Below are positions 9,210 through 16,827 of a DNA stretch of 61,570 nt, one piece after another. Location: the IMG/VR virus record IMGVR_UViG_3300023223_000518, positions 1-61,570 of that record; one strand, given 5' to 3'. Source of the stretch: a virus. Numbering within the stretch: position 1 is the stretch's first letter; each line of letters begins with the position of its first letter. A model generated the notes under the pieces. The model saw nothing but the letters and a program-made list of their open reading frames with translations, was not told the origin of the DNA and made no database searches. The translations under genes were made by a program, and so were the position numbers.

Positions 9210-9620
9210 ATGAGTCAACCAAACTACGATCTGGCCCAATGGTCGGAACGCGGCGTCTCGATCCGACCCGGCACGGTCATTTCAGGCGGCACGGGCGCGG
9301 ACGGAATCGGCGTCGATCTGATCAACACGGTCGGTCCGGTTCAGGGAATCGGCATTCATGGATTGATCACCGGTACGCCAACGTCGTTCACGCACACATT
9401 CGAACTTCAAGAGTCGGCGACGAAGGGCGGAACGTATACGAACATGCAGCCGCGGAAGAATGCGAGCCTCTCCGCGCTCGACGATATCGCGATCTGCAAG
9501 GGTACGCGTACGTTGCGATTTGGTCGGATGTCCGTTACCGATGCATTCACCGGCGGAACAACACCGACTTCGGAAGTCTGCGGAATCATCTTCGCTCAAC
9601 GCGTTCACGCCCCGGCATGA
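9210..9620 (+). CDS. hypothetical virion protein (136 aa), possible decoration protein
   Basis: ATG at 9210 with GGAG 7 nt upstream. Located between the capsid gene and the terminator. Confidence 0.5.
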   Translation: MSQPNYDLAQWSERGVSIRPGTVISGGTGADGIGVDLINTVGPVQGIGIHGLITGTPTSFTHTFELQESATKGGTYTNMQPRKNASLSALDDIAICKGTRTLRFGRMSVTDAFTGGTTPTSEVCGIIFAQRVHAPA

Positions 9621-9648
9621 TTGATACTTTGCGAGGGTGGCAGCCTTG

Positions 9649-9688
9649 CCCCGACTCCGGACTTGAGCCTACGGAGTCGGGGTTTTTT
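9649..9688 (+). terminator. Rho-independent terminator
   Basis: CCCCGACTCCG (9649-9659) pairs with CGGAGTCGGGG (9672-9682), giving an 11-bp stem with a 12-nt loop, followed by TTTTTT (9683-9688). Confidence 0.85.
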
Positions 9689-9702
9689 GTGAGATCGCCC
9701 CT

Positions 9703-10347
9703 ATGTCCGTGATGATCACCGATCTTGACATCCTCAAGAATCACCTGGATATCGGTTCGACTGATTCCGGTGAAGACAACCGCTTGCAACAAATGCTTAA
9801 CGAAGCGGAAGAAGTCATCTTCGGGCAAGTCGGGCGCAACGCGGAATTGTATTCATCGACGTCCATTCAGGAATTCCATTCCGGTGGAGGCCGCGAGAAG
9901 CTGTTCACGCGAGCGCGACCCCTCACGAAGATCACGAGCCTCAACGTCGATCCCACTGGATACTTCGGAAAGGGTACGGACCCTTTCAATTCAACGACTG
10001 ACTGGACTGAGGGCGTGGATTTCGTCGCCAGCCGTGAAGATGAAAACGAAGAGAATCGCGGTCAGATTCTTGCGATTCATCGAGTCTTCCCAGATGACAA
10101 GGGCAACGTGAAACTCGTTTACGAAGCCGGGTACGCTGCGCTTCCCGCTGATCTCGAATTCGCGATCGTGCAACTGGTTTCGCTGTTCAGAAGCGGTGCC
10201 GAGAAAGGCCAGATACTGGGATCGGAGACGTTCGGCAAGTATGCTTATCGGGTCATGACAGGCGGAACGGATGCGACCGGACAGCAGCGCGGAATCATCG
10301 GCACCGTCAATACGACTCTGTCACGGTATCGGAACATCCGGGTATGA
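9703..10347 (+). CDS. head-tail connector (gp6-like adaptor)
   Basis: N-terminus ITDLDILKNHLDIGSTDSGEDNRLQQMLNEAEEVI is typical of the phage gp6-like connector family. Position is right after the capsid genes. Confidence 0.65.
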   Translation: MSVMITDLDILKNHLDIGSTDSGEDNRLQQMLNEAEEVIFGQVGRNAELYSSTSIQEFHSGGGREKLFTRARPLTKITSLNVDPTGYFGKGTDPFNSTTDWTEGVDFVASREDENEENRGQILAIHRVFPDDKGNVKLVYEAGYAALPADLEFAIVQLVSLFRSGAEKGQILGSETFGKYAYRVMTGGTDATGQQRGIIGTVNTTLSRYRNIRV

Positions 10348-10553
10348 GCGACATTAATTTCAACAGCGGGGACGTTGTTCGGCTCAAGAGCGGGGGGCCT
10401 CGAATGACCGTGCACTCGATCACTACAGGCCGTCAGATAATGACCCAATTAGAATGCGACTGGTTTGACGATGCAAAACATTTGCACCGGGAAATATTCA
10501 ATGAGTCGGAACTTGAAAGCGATCATGCCAGGGAGCCGGATGAATCAGGATGA
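10344..10553 (+). CDS. DUF2158/YodC-like small protein
   Basis: Contains GDVVRLKSGGPRMTV...CDWF. ATGA coupling at the start. Confidence 0.55.
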   Translation: MSDINFNSGDVVRLKSGGPRMTVHSITTGRQIMTQLECDWFDDAKHLHREIFNESELESDHAREPDESG

Positions 10554-10975
10554 GCGCGAATTCCCTGATGAAGAATAGATGCACGGTGAACCGCCCAACG
10601 AAGACGTGGGACGGCGGGAAGACCACGTTCTTGCCGGCAGTGCTGGCGACGGACGTCCGATGCCTGATGCAAGAGGGACGCGGTCAAGTCAACTACCTCG
10701 ATCAAGGCGCGTCGCTCGAATTTGATGCGATGTTGTTCGTCAGAAAGACTCAGGACATTCGCGCCGGAAGCGATGACAACGAAGCCGACACGATCACGAT
10801 GACGCGGCCAGCCGGCGGAACGTTTCTCGTTAAAAAGATCGGCGACGAATCCGGCTTTGAGAATCACAGAACGGCGTATCTCCGCCGGGTTCCACCGCGG
10901 ACGAAAGGTGTCGCCGCGGTCGCTTTAACCGAACCCGCTTACGACACCGGTTTCAGCCTTGGATTCGAGTCTTAA
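10550..10975 (+). CDS. head closure / head-tail joining protein
   Basis: 141 aa. N-terminus KNRCTVNRPTKTWDGGK is head-closure-like. Position supports the call. Confidence 0.55.
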   Translation: MSANSLMKNRCTVNRPTKTWDGGKTTFLPAVLATDVRCLMQEGRGQVNYLDQGASLEFDAMLFVRKTQDIRAGSDDNEADTITMTRPAGGTFLVKKIGDESGFENHRTAYLRRVPPRTKGVAAVALTEPAYDTGFSLGFES

Positions 10976-10976
10976 T

Positions 10977-11516
10977 ATGTCGCAAACTCAACGGTCGCTC
11001 ACCGCGATTTTCGCCCTTCTCGCAAACAACATTACACGCGACATCTCGCCGCAGGATCATCGCGACTCCGTGGCAACTCTTCAGATTTCGTATGGCGAAA
11101 TCTTCGTGAGTAGTGCGCTGGCAACGACGATACCTAACACCACTGATTACTTCGACATCGCCGGAACGTATGGTCTCGGTGTGACGGGAAGTCGCTTCGA
11201 TATGAATACGAACGGTCAATTGCGATACATTGGTGCGGCTCCAATCGAAGCGATTGTACTTATCACGTTATCCATCACGATCGCGGGAAACAACGATATC
11301 GTTCACATGAGAGCGGCGAAGAACGGGACGTCCATGCCTGCGACTGAAACTGAGCACAAAGTGGGCACAGGTGCAGACGTCTCTGAGGCGACAATCATTG
11401 GGCTTACCTCACTGAACACGAATGATTTCCTGACCGCTGAGGTCCGCAACGCAGACGCTGCAGACGATGTGACGGCCGAACATGCCAACATCTTGGCGAT
11501 TGGATTTGCCGTCTAA
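10977..11516 (+). CDS. hypothetical virion protein (179 aa)
   Basis: The ATG lies 1 nt after the upstream stop. Beta-rich sequence. Confidence 0.5.
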   Translation: MSQTQRSLTAIFALLANNITRDISPQDHRDSVATLQISYGEIFVSSALATTIPNTTDYFDIAGTYGLGVTGSRFDMNTNGQLRYIGAAPIEAIVLITLSITIAGNNDIVHMRAAKNGTSMPATETEHKVGTGADVSEATIIGLTSLNTNDFLTAEVRNADAADDVTAEHANILAIGFAV

Positions 11517-11538
11517 CCAGTTCTCATAAGGCGACGGG

Positions 11539-11676
11539 ATGAGCGACAACATTATCGAAGTCGATCGCAGCGATATCGAGTGGCTAGAAGACCTACCATT
11601 CGATTGGGGCGAATTGGGACAAGAGTCTTTTGAGTACGATGGATTCAATGAATTCACTTGGTGGCTTGCCGCATGA
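11539..11676 (+). CDS. small acidic hypothetical protein (45 aa)
   Basis: Below the ORF-track cutoff. Fills a gap and is ATGA-coupled to the next small ORF. Confidence 0.3.
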   Translation: MSDNIIEVDRSDIEWLEDLPFDWGELGQESFEYDGFNEFTWWLAA

Positions 11677-11786
11677 TTCAGCGATTGGTTGAATGGCTGC
11701 GGTGCCGACGTGAGTCTCGCGCGAAAGAGAAGCGGCTCCGGCGTGACATCGACCAACTCCGGCGGATGCGAGATCGACGCAAATGA
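11673..11786 (+). CDS. small basic hypothetical protein (37 aa)
   Basis: ATGA-coupled at both ends. Confidence 0.3.
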   Translation: MIQRLVEWLRCRRESRAKEKRLRRDIDQLRRMRDRRK

Positions 11787-12487
11787 CATTCATGAAACCC
11801 GACTCGTTCGTTGTCTGCGCTTACGAGACTGGCGAGCCGTATTCGACGGCCGCTATGATCTTAAAAGAGACGTGCGACATTCTCGGGTTGCGAACATGGA
11901 TCGCGCGCCCGGAGTCAACCGGGGATTGGTCGCTGAATATGTGTATGCGGCCGCAATTCGTGTTGGATGCAATGCACGTGAACCCGGACAATCAATTGAT
12001 CGTCGTCGACGCCGATTGCCTGTTCATGTCGGTACCACAGCTTGACGCTCCAATTGAGTTCGGCATCCGAAAGATCGAGAAGTCGGCCGGGAAGGTCTGG
12101 AGGCCGGGAACTTTCTTGATCCGCAACACGCCGCGCACAATTGACTTATGCATTCGCTGGAGAACCCGACTCGCACAAAAGTTTGACGCCGATCCGGAGC
12201 GATGGAATCGGAAGGGCATCGGCGATTCCGGTCCGCTGGCCCGCGCTTGGCATTCGATGCGACCGGAGCAACGGCCTTTCCGGGTTCAATTGGGGGCGGA
12301 GTGGATTTGCAAGGCTGACCCGCGATTCTCGTTGGTGTATCATTATTGCATCGGAGCGCGGCGAGAAGCGGCGATCGCCCAATTGAAACGCGGCGCGAAG
12401 GAATTCTACCGCAGGAACGGAGCGCATCTCAAATCATGGAAGTCACTCTCGGTCGACAGTTCAGCGCAGACCTTAATCGGCTCGTGA
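11783..12487 (+). CDS. nucleotide-diphospho-sugar transferase-like protein (GT-A, DxD) inserted in the head-tail module
   Basis: LIVVDADCLFMS is a DxD motif. GAGATCGAC (11770-11778) lies 4 nt upstream of the ATG. Confidence 0.5.
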   Translation: MTFMKPDSFVVCAYETGEPYSTAAMILKETCDILGLRTWIARPESTGDWSLNMCMRPQFVLDAMHVNPDNQLIVVDADCLFMSVPQLDAPIEFGIRKIEKSAGKVWRPGTFLIRNTPRTIDLCIRWRTRLAQKFDADPERWNRKGIGDSGPLARAWHSMRPEQRPFRVQLGAEWICKADPRFSLVYHYCIGARREAAIAQLKRGAKEFYRRNGAHLKSWKSLSVDSSAQTLIGS

Positions 12488-12966
12488 CGTCGCTTAAGAA
12501 GTGGAAGACGCAACTTCCGCCCCGTCTGCTACGCGCTCACAAGCGAATCGGCAAGCGCTGGCATGGTGAAGCGAATAAACGCGTACCGGTTGATGAAGGC
12601 ACTCTCTCGCAACGGATAATCGATAACAGTTTTATCGATTTCAGAGGGCATATCACCACTGAAGTCGGCTCGAATGTTCCACACGCGGTATTCGTCGAAT
12701 TCGGGACGGAGCGGATCGCCGGCGGGCAAGTCAAGGCGCTTGGCACCGGCGCTGAAATTACGGATATGGAATCGATCAAAGTGTGGCCGGCAAAGATGGC
12801 AGGACTCGAAGGATTCACGGTTGATGAACAAGGCCGGCTTCGTAATCGCGGCAGATTCGTCAAAGGGGCAACGAAAGAGCAAATGCCATGGCTCCGGCCG
12901 GCGTTCATGGCAATCAAGCCGTGGGCGATTGGCGAGATAACGAAAGCGGTGAGGCCACTGAGATGA
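12436..12966 (+). CDS. HK97 gp10-family tail-completion protein
   Basis: Contains VPVDEGTLSQRI...VGSNVPHAVFVEFGT. Internal ATG of track ORF 12346..12966. Confidence 0.6.
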   Translation: MEVTLGRQFSADLNRLVTSLKKWKTQLPPRLLRAHKRIGKRWHGEANKRVPVDEGTLSQRIIDNSFIDFRGHITTEVGSNVPHAVFVEFGTERIAGGQVKALGTGAEITDMESIKVWPAKMAGLEGFTVDEQGRLRNRGRFVKGATKEQMPWLRPAFMAIKPWAIGEITKAVRPLR

Positions 12967-13115
12967 TGCTATATCCCAGAGGATTATTCGCGGCGATCTG
13001 GTGTCGTCTGTTCCATCGAAGATGGCAGGCTGAATACGAAGGCGATCCGGCAGAACCATATCTGGTGATCTGCCAGTGTTGCGATCATCAATTCAATCGG
13101 AAGCGGCGAGCATGA
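12963..13115 (+). CDS. small Cys-containing protein (50 aa)
   Basis: ATGA-coupled. Contains CQCCDH. Confidence 0.35.
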   Translation: MMLYPRGLFAAIWCRLFHRRWQAEYEGDPAEPYLVICQCCDHQFNRKRRA

Positions 13116-13148
13116 TGCGAGCGATCATCGTTGAAGACATCAAAGCGG

Positions 13149-13388
13149 ATGGCGTCGAGCCCGGGGTCTGTGGAGCCCCGGCACATTGACGGCGTGCTAC
13201 AAGGCTTCGCGATCACTTGCGCCGGATGCGGTCGTGAATCATGGATTCCGGTTCACCGCGGCGGCAAGGGGTGGACTTGCGAGTCAGAAGACCCAGTCAC
13301 GCTGTCACCGTCCCTCTTTCACAAGGCGGAGAATGGCGGCTGTGGCTGGCATGGTCACCTAAAAAAAGGATTCTGGATTCCGTGCTGA
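13149..13388 (+). CDS. zinc-ribbon small protein (79 aa)
   Basis: Contains CAGCGRESW...GGCGWHGHLKKGFW. The start is uncertain (a TTG at 13131 is also possible). Confidence 0.45.
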   Translation: MASSPGSVEPRHIDGVLQGFAITCAGCGRESWIPVHRGGKGWTCESEDPVTLSPSLFHKAENGGCGWHGHLKKGFWIPC

Positions 13389-13600
13389 AGTTGACGCTCG
13401 TAATCCGCAATCAGAGGGCGATCGATGCTCTTGCGGAAGCTGGTGAGATCACGGAGCGGCTCGCGGCCGATTGGCCTTGGAATGATGATCTGCAACGGCT
13501 AAAAGACTTGATCGTTGAAGTCGGATCAGAAATCGAGGTTATCGGCAATGGCGAGTCCGAAGGAAATATGGAAGAAGATGATCAACGAGATGGATGGTGA
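13382..13600 (+). CDS. hypothetical protein (72 aa)
   Basis: GTG start overlapping the upstream stop. Acidic C-terminus. Confidence 0.4.
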   Translation: MLKLTLVIRNQRAIDALAEAGEITERLAADWPWNDDLQRLKDLIVEVGSEIEVIGNGESEGNMEEDDQRDGW

Positions 13601-13985
13601 TTCTGAGATTACCGACGTCATCGGCTCATCGAATATTCATCGATCCAATCCATCCGTTAAGCTGAGTTTCCCGGCGCTGATCATTGACGTCACGCTCGGC
13701 GTAGTTTCCGAACTATCCGGCATCGGGCTGTACCGCCCTCAATTGACGTTCAACGTGTACTCGGCGGATCACGACGACGCTGATGAGATCATGCGAGCGC
13801 TTGAAGTTGGTTGGCAGATTCCACACAATCGGCCTGCCGGAATCGAAACGTCGAATTATAAGATCACTCAGATGCGTTTTGAGAACCTCATCGAAGTCGG
13901 CCGGGCTGAAGTGATCTCGACCGCGCAGGTCGTCATTCATTTCGTAATTCCGGCATCGCTCCGCCTAATATCTTTTCGCGATTGA
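13548..13985 (+). CDS. tail terminator/tail-completion protein (DUF3168-like)
   Basis: 145 aa, directly upstream of the major tail gene. Confidence 0.5.
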   Translation: MASPKEIWKKMINEMDGDSEITDVIGSSNIHRSNPSVKLSFPALIIDVTLGVVSELSGIGLYRPQLTFNVYSADHDDADEIMRALEVGWQIPHNRPAGIETSNYKITQMRFENLIEVGRAEVISTAQVVIHFVIPASLRLISFRD

Positions 13986-14010
13986 CACGAAACCGGCGGA
14001 TGGTTAGCTT
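13982..14010 (+). promoter_or_regulatory. candidate sigma70-like promoter upstream of the major tail gene
   Basis: TTGACA (13982-13987), 17-nt spacer, TAGCTT (14005-14010). Confidence 0.3.
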
Positions 14011-14051
14011 CGCTCACGAGATCGCATAGTCCCTGAGCGGAGATATTCCCG

Positions 14052-14567
14052 ATGGCACGAGACACCGAATTCCTCACCGGCGGGCCGGCTCAATTCCTTC
14101 TCGCCGACGTCAATATTGGGCACACTGAGGGCGGTATCTCGGTCTCTGTCGCCCCGCAGAATCGCGCGCGGATGGTCGATGAGTACGGATCGTCGGCCGT
14201 CGACATGATCCACACGGGCGACGAGGTGGGCGTCACCGCTCCGCTGGCCGAATGGACGCAAGCGACGCTTGAGCAAGTCTACGATCCCGGCCGCGATCAA
14301 TTGACGCTCGGGTCGGGAAACACGCCTTATCTCGGCATCGGACGCACAGGCGGCTATCTCTACACTGCGCAGGATTTGAAAGTCACTCCGCTCCTGGCGG
14401 CCGATGCGAACAAGCGGGTGCAACTGTACCGTGCAACACCCATCGGCGAGATTGCGATCAATCATGACGCCGACGAAGATCGCATCATGTCGGTTCAATT
14501 CCGCGGTCTCGTCGACGACGAGCGGACGGATGGAGAATTGATCGGCAGATTGCAACTGAGCGACTGA
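14052..14567 (+). CDS. major tail (tube) protein
   Basis: 171 aa. Lies between the tail terminator and the chaperone and tape-measure genes. No sheath gene is present, so the morphology is siphovirus-like. Confidence 0.65.
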   Translation: MARDTEFLTGGPAQFLLADVNIGHTEGGISVSVAPQNRARMVDEYGSSAVDMIHTGDEVGVTAPLAEWTQATLEQVYDPGRDQLTLGSGNTPYLGIGRTGGYLYTAQDLKVTPLLAADANKRVQLYRATPIGEIAINHDADEDRIMSVQFRGLVDDERTDGELIGRLQLSD

Positions 14568-14586
14568 GCGCAACGAGATCGACAGG

Positions 14587-15084
14587 ATGGTAATTTGCGA
14601 ACAACATCGAACCGTGTTCGTACGCAATCCGGGGACGGCGAGCACTTCGATCGCGCGATTCCTCAAGGCGCATCATGGCGGTCGACTTCTGGGCGATCCA
14701 TTCTATGGCCCGCATCGGCGCGATGTGCCGGATGAATTCAAGTCGTTCCGGATCGTCTGCATGATCCGAGAGCCTGGCGAGCGGTTCCTATCGTTGTATC
14801 GGCGGAGCATCGTTGAGCGATCGCCATCCGTTCGCGACTTCGCATCCGGCACGGCGGAGGGAACGTGGTCTCTACAATCAACCTACGTCCGCGAATCCGG
14901 AGCGACAACCATACTTCGATTCGAGAAGTTGCCGCGCTGTCTCTTGACGTTGCCATTCATCAAAACGACCAAACGCTTGCGACATGTTCGTGCCAGCGAA
15001 GCGAAGCTAGACTTGAGCGCGAAGGACGTGGCATTTCTAAAGTCTCGATTCGCCGAAGAACGTGAAGCACTGGGGTACACATGA
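14587..15084 (+). CDS. sulfotransferase-like protein inserted between tube and chaperone genes
   Basis: FVRNPGTASTSI resembles a 5'-PSB loop. FRIVCMIREPGERFLSLY resembles the RxPxxRxxS motif. GAGATCGAC (14575-14583) lies 3 nt upstream of the ATG. Confidence 0.5.
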   Translation: MVICEQHRTVFVRNPGTASTSIARFLKAHHGGRLLGDPFYGPHRRDVPDEFKSFRIVCMIREPGERFLSLYRRSIVERSPSVRDFASGTAEGTWSLQSTYVRESGATTILRFEKLPRCLLTLPFIKTTKRLRHVRASEAKLDLSAKDVAFLKSRFAEEREALGYT

Positions 15085-15602
15085 GAAGTCTGCATCCTGA
15101 CGTTATACCCGCATCACGCCAAGCGCATGATGTGATCCTGAATCTACTAGCGACCGATGAAGACAATCGCGAGCCGCGGCGTTTGAATCAAGCGCTGCGA
15201 AAACTTCTCCGCTCTTATTCCGGTCGATGGCCAGACGAGTTCCGTGACGTTGTCCGTCGCTTGCAAGAGCACATCGACTTCTCTGATTTCGCGTCCGAAG
15301 AATTCTTGAGCGTGGCCGATGAATTCGGTTCGCTGTGTCTAGCCCTTAACGACGAGGACATTCCCGACAATGAAAGCAGACGATCCGATCGTTTCGAAAG
15401 CCGTCGATCTCCCAAGCGGAGCGAAGTGTACCGTTCGCCTCATATCGTGGCCGGCGTGGGTGAAAGTATTGGAGACGGCATCAGCGCACATCGGAAAACA
15501 GAGCCTGAAAGTGGCGCTACAGCCGATGCTGAGATTCTGGAATCAGAGAACAGAGGCGGCCTCGGATGGATCCCTGGCAGCCCCGGTGACGATCCCGGAT
15601 GA
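15081..15602 (+). CDS. hypothetical protein; only the first ~97 codons look protein-like
   Basis: ORF overlaps 15370..15945 in another frame. Its overlapping tail is R/S-rich, which looks like off-frame sequence. Confidence 0.35.
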   Translation: MRSLHPDVIPASRQAHDVILNLLATDEDNREPRRLNQALRKLLRSYSGRWPDEFRDVVRRLQEHIDFSDFASEEFLSVADEFGSLCLALNDEDIPDNESRRSDRFESRRSPKRSEVYRSPHIVAGVGESIGDGISAHRKTEPESGATADAEILESENRGGLGWIPGSPGDDPG

Positions 15603-15945
15603 GTTGGGCTCGGCGATCCCGATTCTCGTTGCCGCGATCATCGACGCACTGAATGACGTCTCTGAATTGCTTGTCGTCGACATGCTCGGTACTGAAGACC
15701 CGCCGGAACTCGCGGTCGACTATGTGTTCCTCAAACAACTCGTGATGGAATTCAACGACTTCGATGAAATGATCGCCGCGGAAAAAAACTTCGGCGAGCG
15801 CATCGTCAAGCTGTTCACACAGACGATGCGCTCAGACCCCGACCCGGAAGACTCGCCAGATTCTGGTGGATCGGTTGGGAGTCAAGACTTATCCGCTCAG
15901 GGTGGACCCTCAGAGACATCCGAGGACTCTCCGCCTGCGAAGTAA
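15370..15945 (+). CDS. tail assembly chaperone (gpG-like)
   Basis: Position immediately upstream of the tape measure. Acidic C-terminus. Contains the slippery site at 15783. Confidence 0.6.
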   Translation: MKADDPIVSKAVDLPSGAKCTVRLISWPAWVKVLETASAHIGKQSLKVALQPMLRFWNQRTEAASDGSLAAPVTIPDELGSAIPILVAAIIDALNDVSELLVVDMLGTEDPPELAVDYVFLKQLVMEFNDFDEMIAAEKNFGERIVKLFTQTMRSDPDPEDSPDSGGSVGSQDLSAQGGPSETSEDSPPAK

Positions 15946-16457
15946 TCGCCGCGCTACTCGATCAGCGTGAAGCGGAGATGTCGGATCGGCTGTTCGCTCT
16001 TGAGTTGGCGGATCATCCGCATCACGATTCACCGAAGCCGCGACGGGCATTACACCGCCGAATTCTGCAAGCCGGCGGGTCCGATGCGATGGAGCCGATC
16101 CCGCTTGAACGCTACCCCGATAAAATCCGGGTTGAATTGATCGGGGAAAACTGCCAACTTCACGGGCGCGAGTGGGTCCGAAAGCATCCGGACGACCTCA
16201 ATTGGCTTCGCTCGCAAGGCGTGTCGATCGACGAAGCGATCGCAAAACATCGCGATCACCTGGAGCGGATCGCGGCAATCGACTTCTTCGAACCGGCGGC
16301 GCTGAAATGCCCAAAGTGTCATTACGGCGGGCGGGAGAAAGGCAAGGGAGAAAAGCGCAGATGGGTACCGGCTTTCGACGCAGCGCTTGATCAACCGGTC
16401 TGCCGGAAATGCGGATTCGTTTGGACGCATGAGCGAGTGAAATTCAATGGCGGATAG
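15370..16457 (+). CDS. tail assembly chaperone GT fusion (via -1 frameshift at 15783-15789)
   Basis: Canonical G/GT geometry upstream of the tape measure. The T part includes track ORF 15978..16457 and a CPKC...CRKC zinc ribbon. Confidence 0.5.
15783..15789 (+). promoter_or_regulatory. -1 programmed ribosomal frameshift heptamer A_AAA_AAC
   Basis: In the G frame the sequence reads GA-A AAA AAC. The -1 frame opens at 15768 (after a TGA at 15765-15767) and stays open to 16457. Confidence 0.6.
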
Positions 16458-16827
16458 GGTTCACTTCATTTCGGCCAGCGGGTCGATCGCAATCAACGGT
16501 CCGGTCTCGACAGACTTGATCACCCGACCGCATCATGTGATGGCGGAAACCGCAAACTACACTGTCTTCGCTTACAAAAAGACGTCGACGCTGGCGCAAG
16601 ATTGGACGCTCGTCTTTGATGCACTGAGTGATTCTCAGAAGGCGACGATTCAGGATTTCTTTTTCAACAAAGCCGATGGGCCGTCGCGAACGTTTTCCTA
16701 TGAACACACCGACGGCCAGATATACACGGCGCGTTTTCTCGACACTCAACTGCAGTTTCAACGCCGGCCGAATAATTGGGGATTAACGGTCCGGCTCAGA
16801 ATCGAAGGGGGAGTCGAGGTCACTTAA
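16447..16827 (+). CDS. hypothetical tail-module protein (126 aa)
   Basis: The ORF's stop overlaps the tape-measure ATG (TAATG). Confidence 0.5.
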   Translation: MADRVHFISASGSIAINGPVSTDLITRPHHVMAETANYTVFAYKKTSTLAQDWTLVFDALSDSQKATIQDFFFNKADGPSRTFSYEHTDGQIYTARFLDTQLQFQRRPNNWGLTVRLRIEGGVEVT

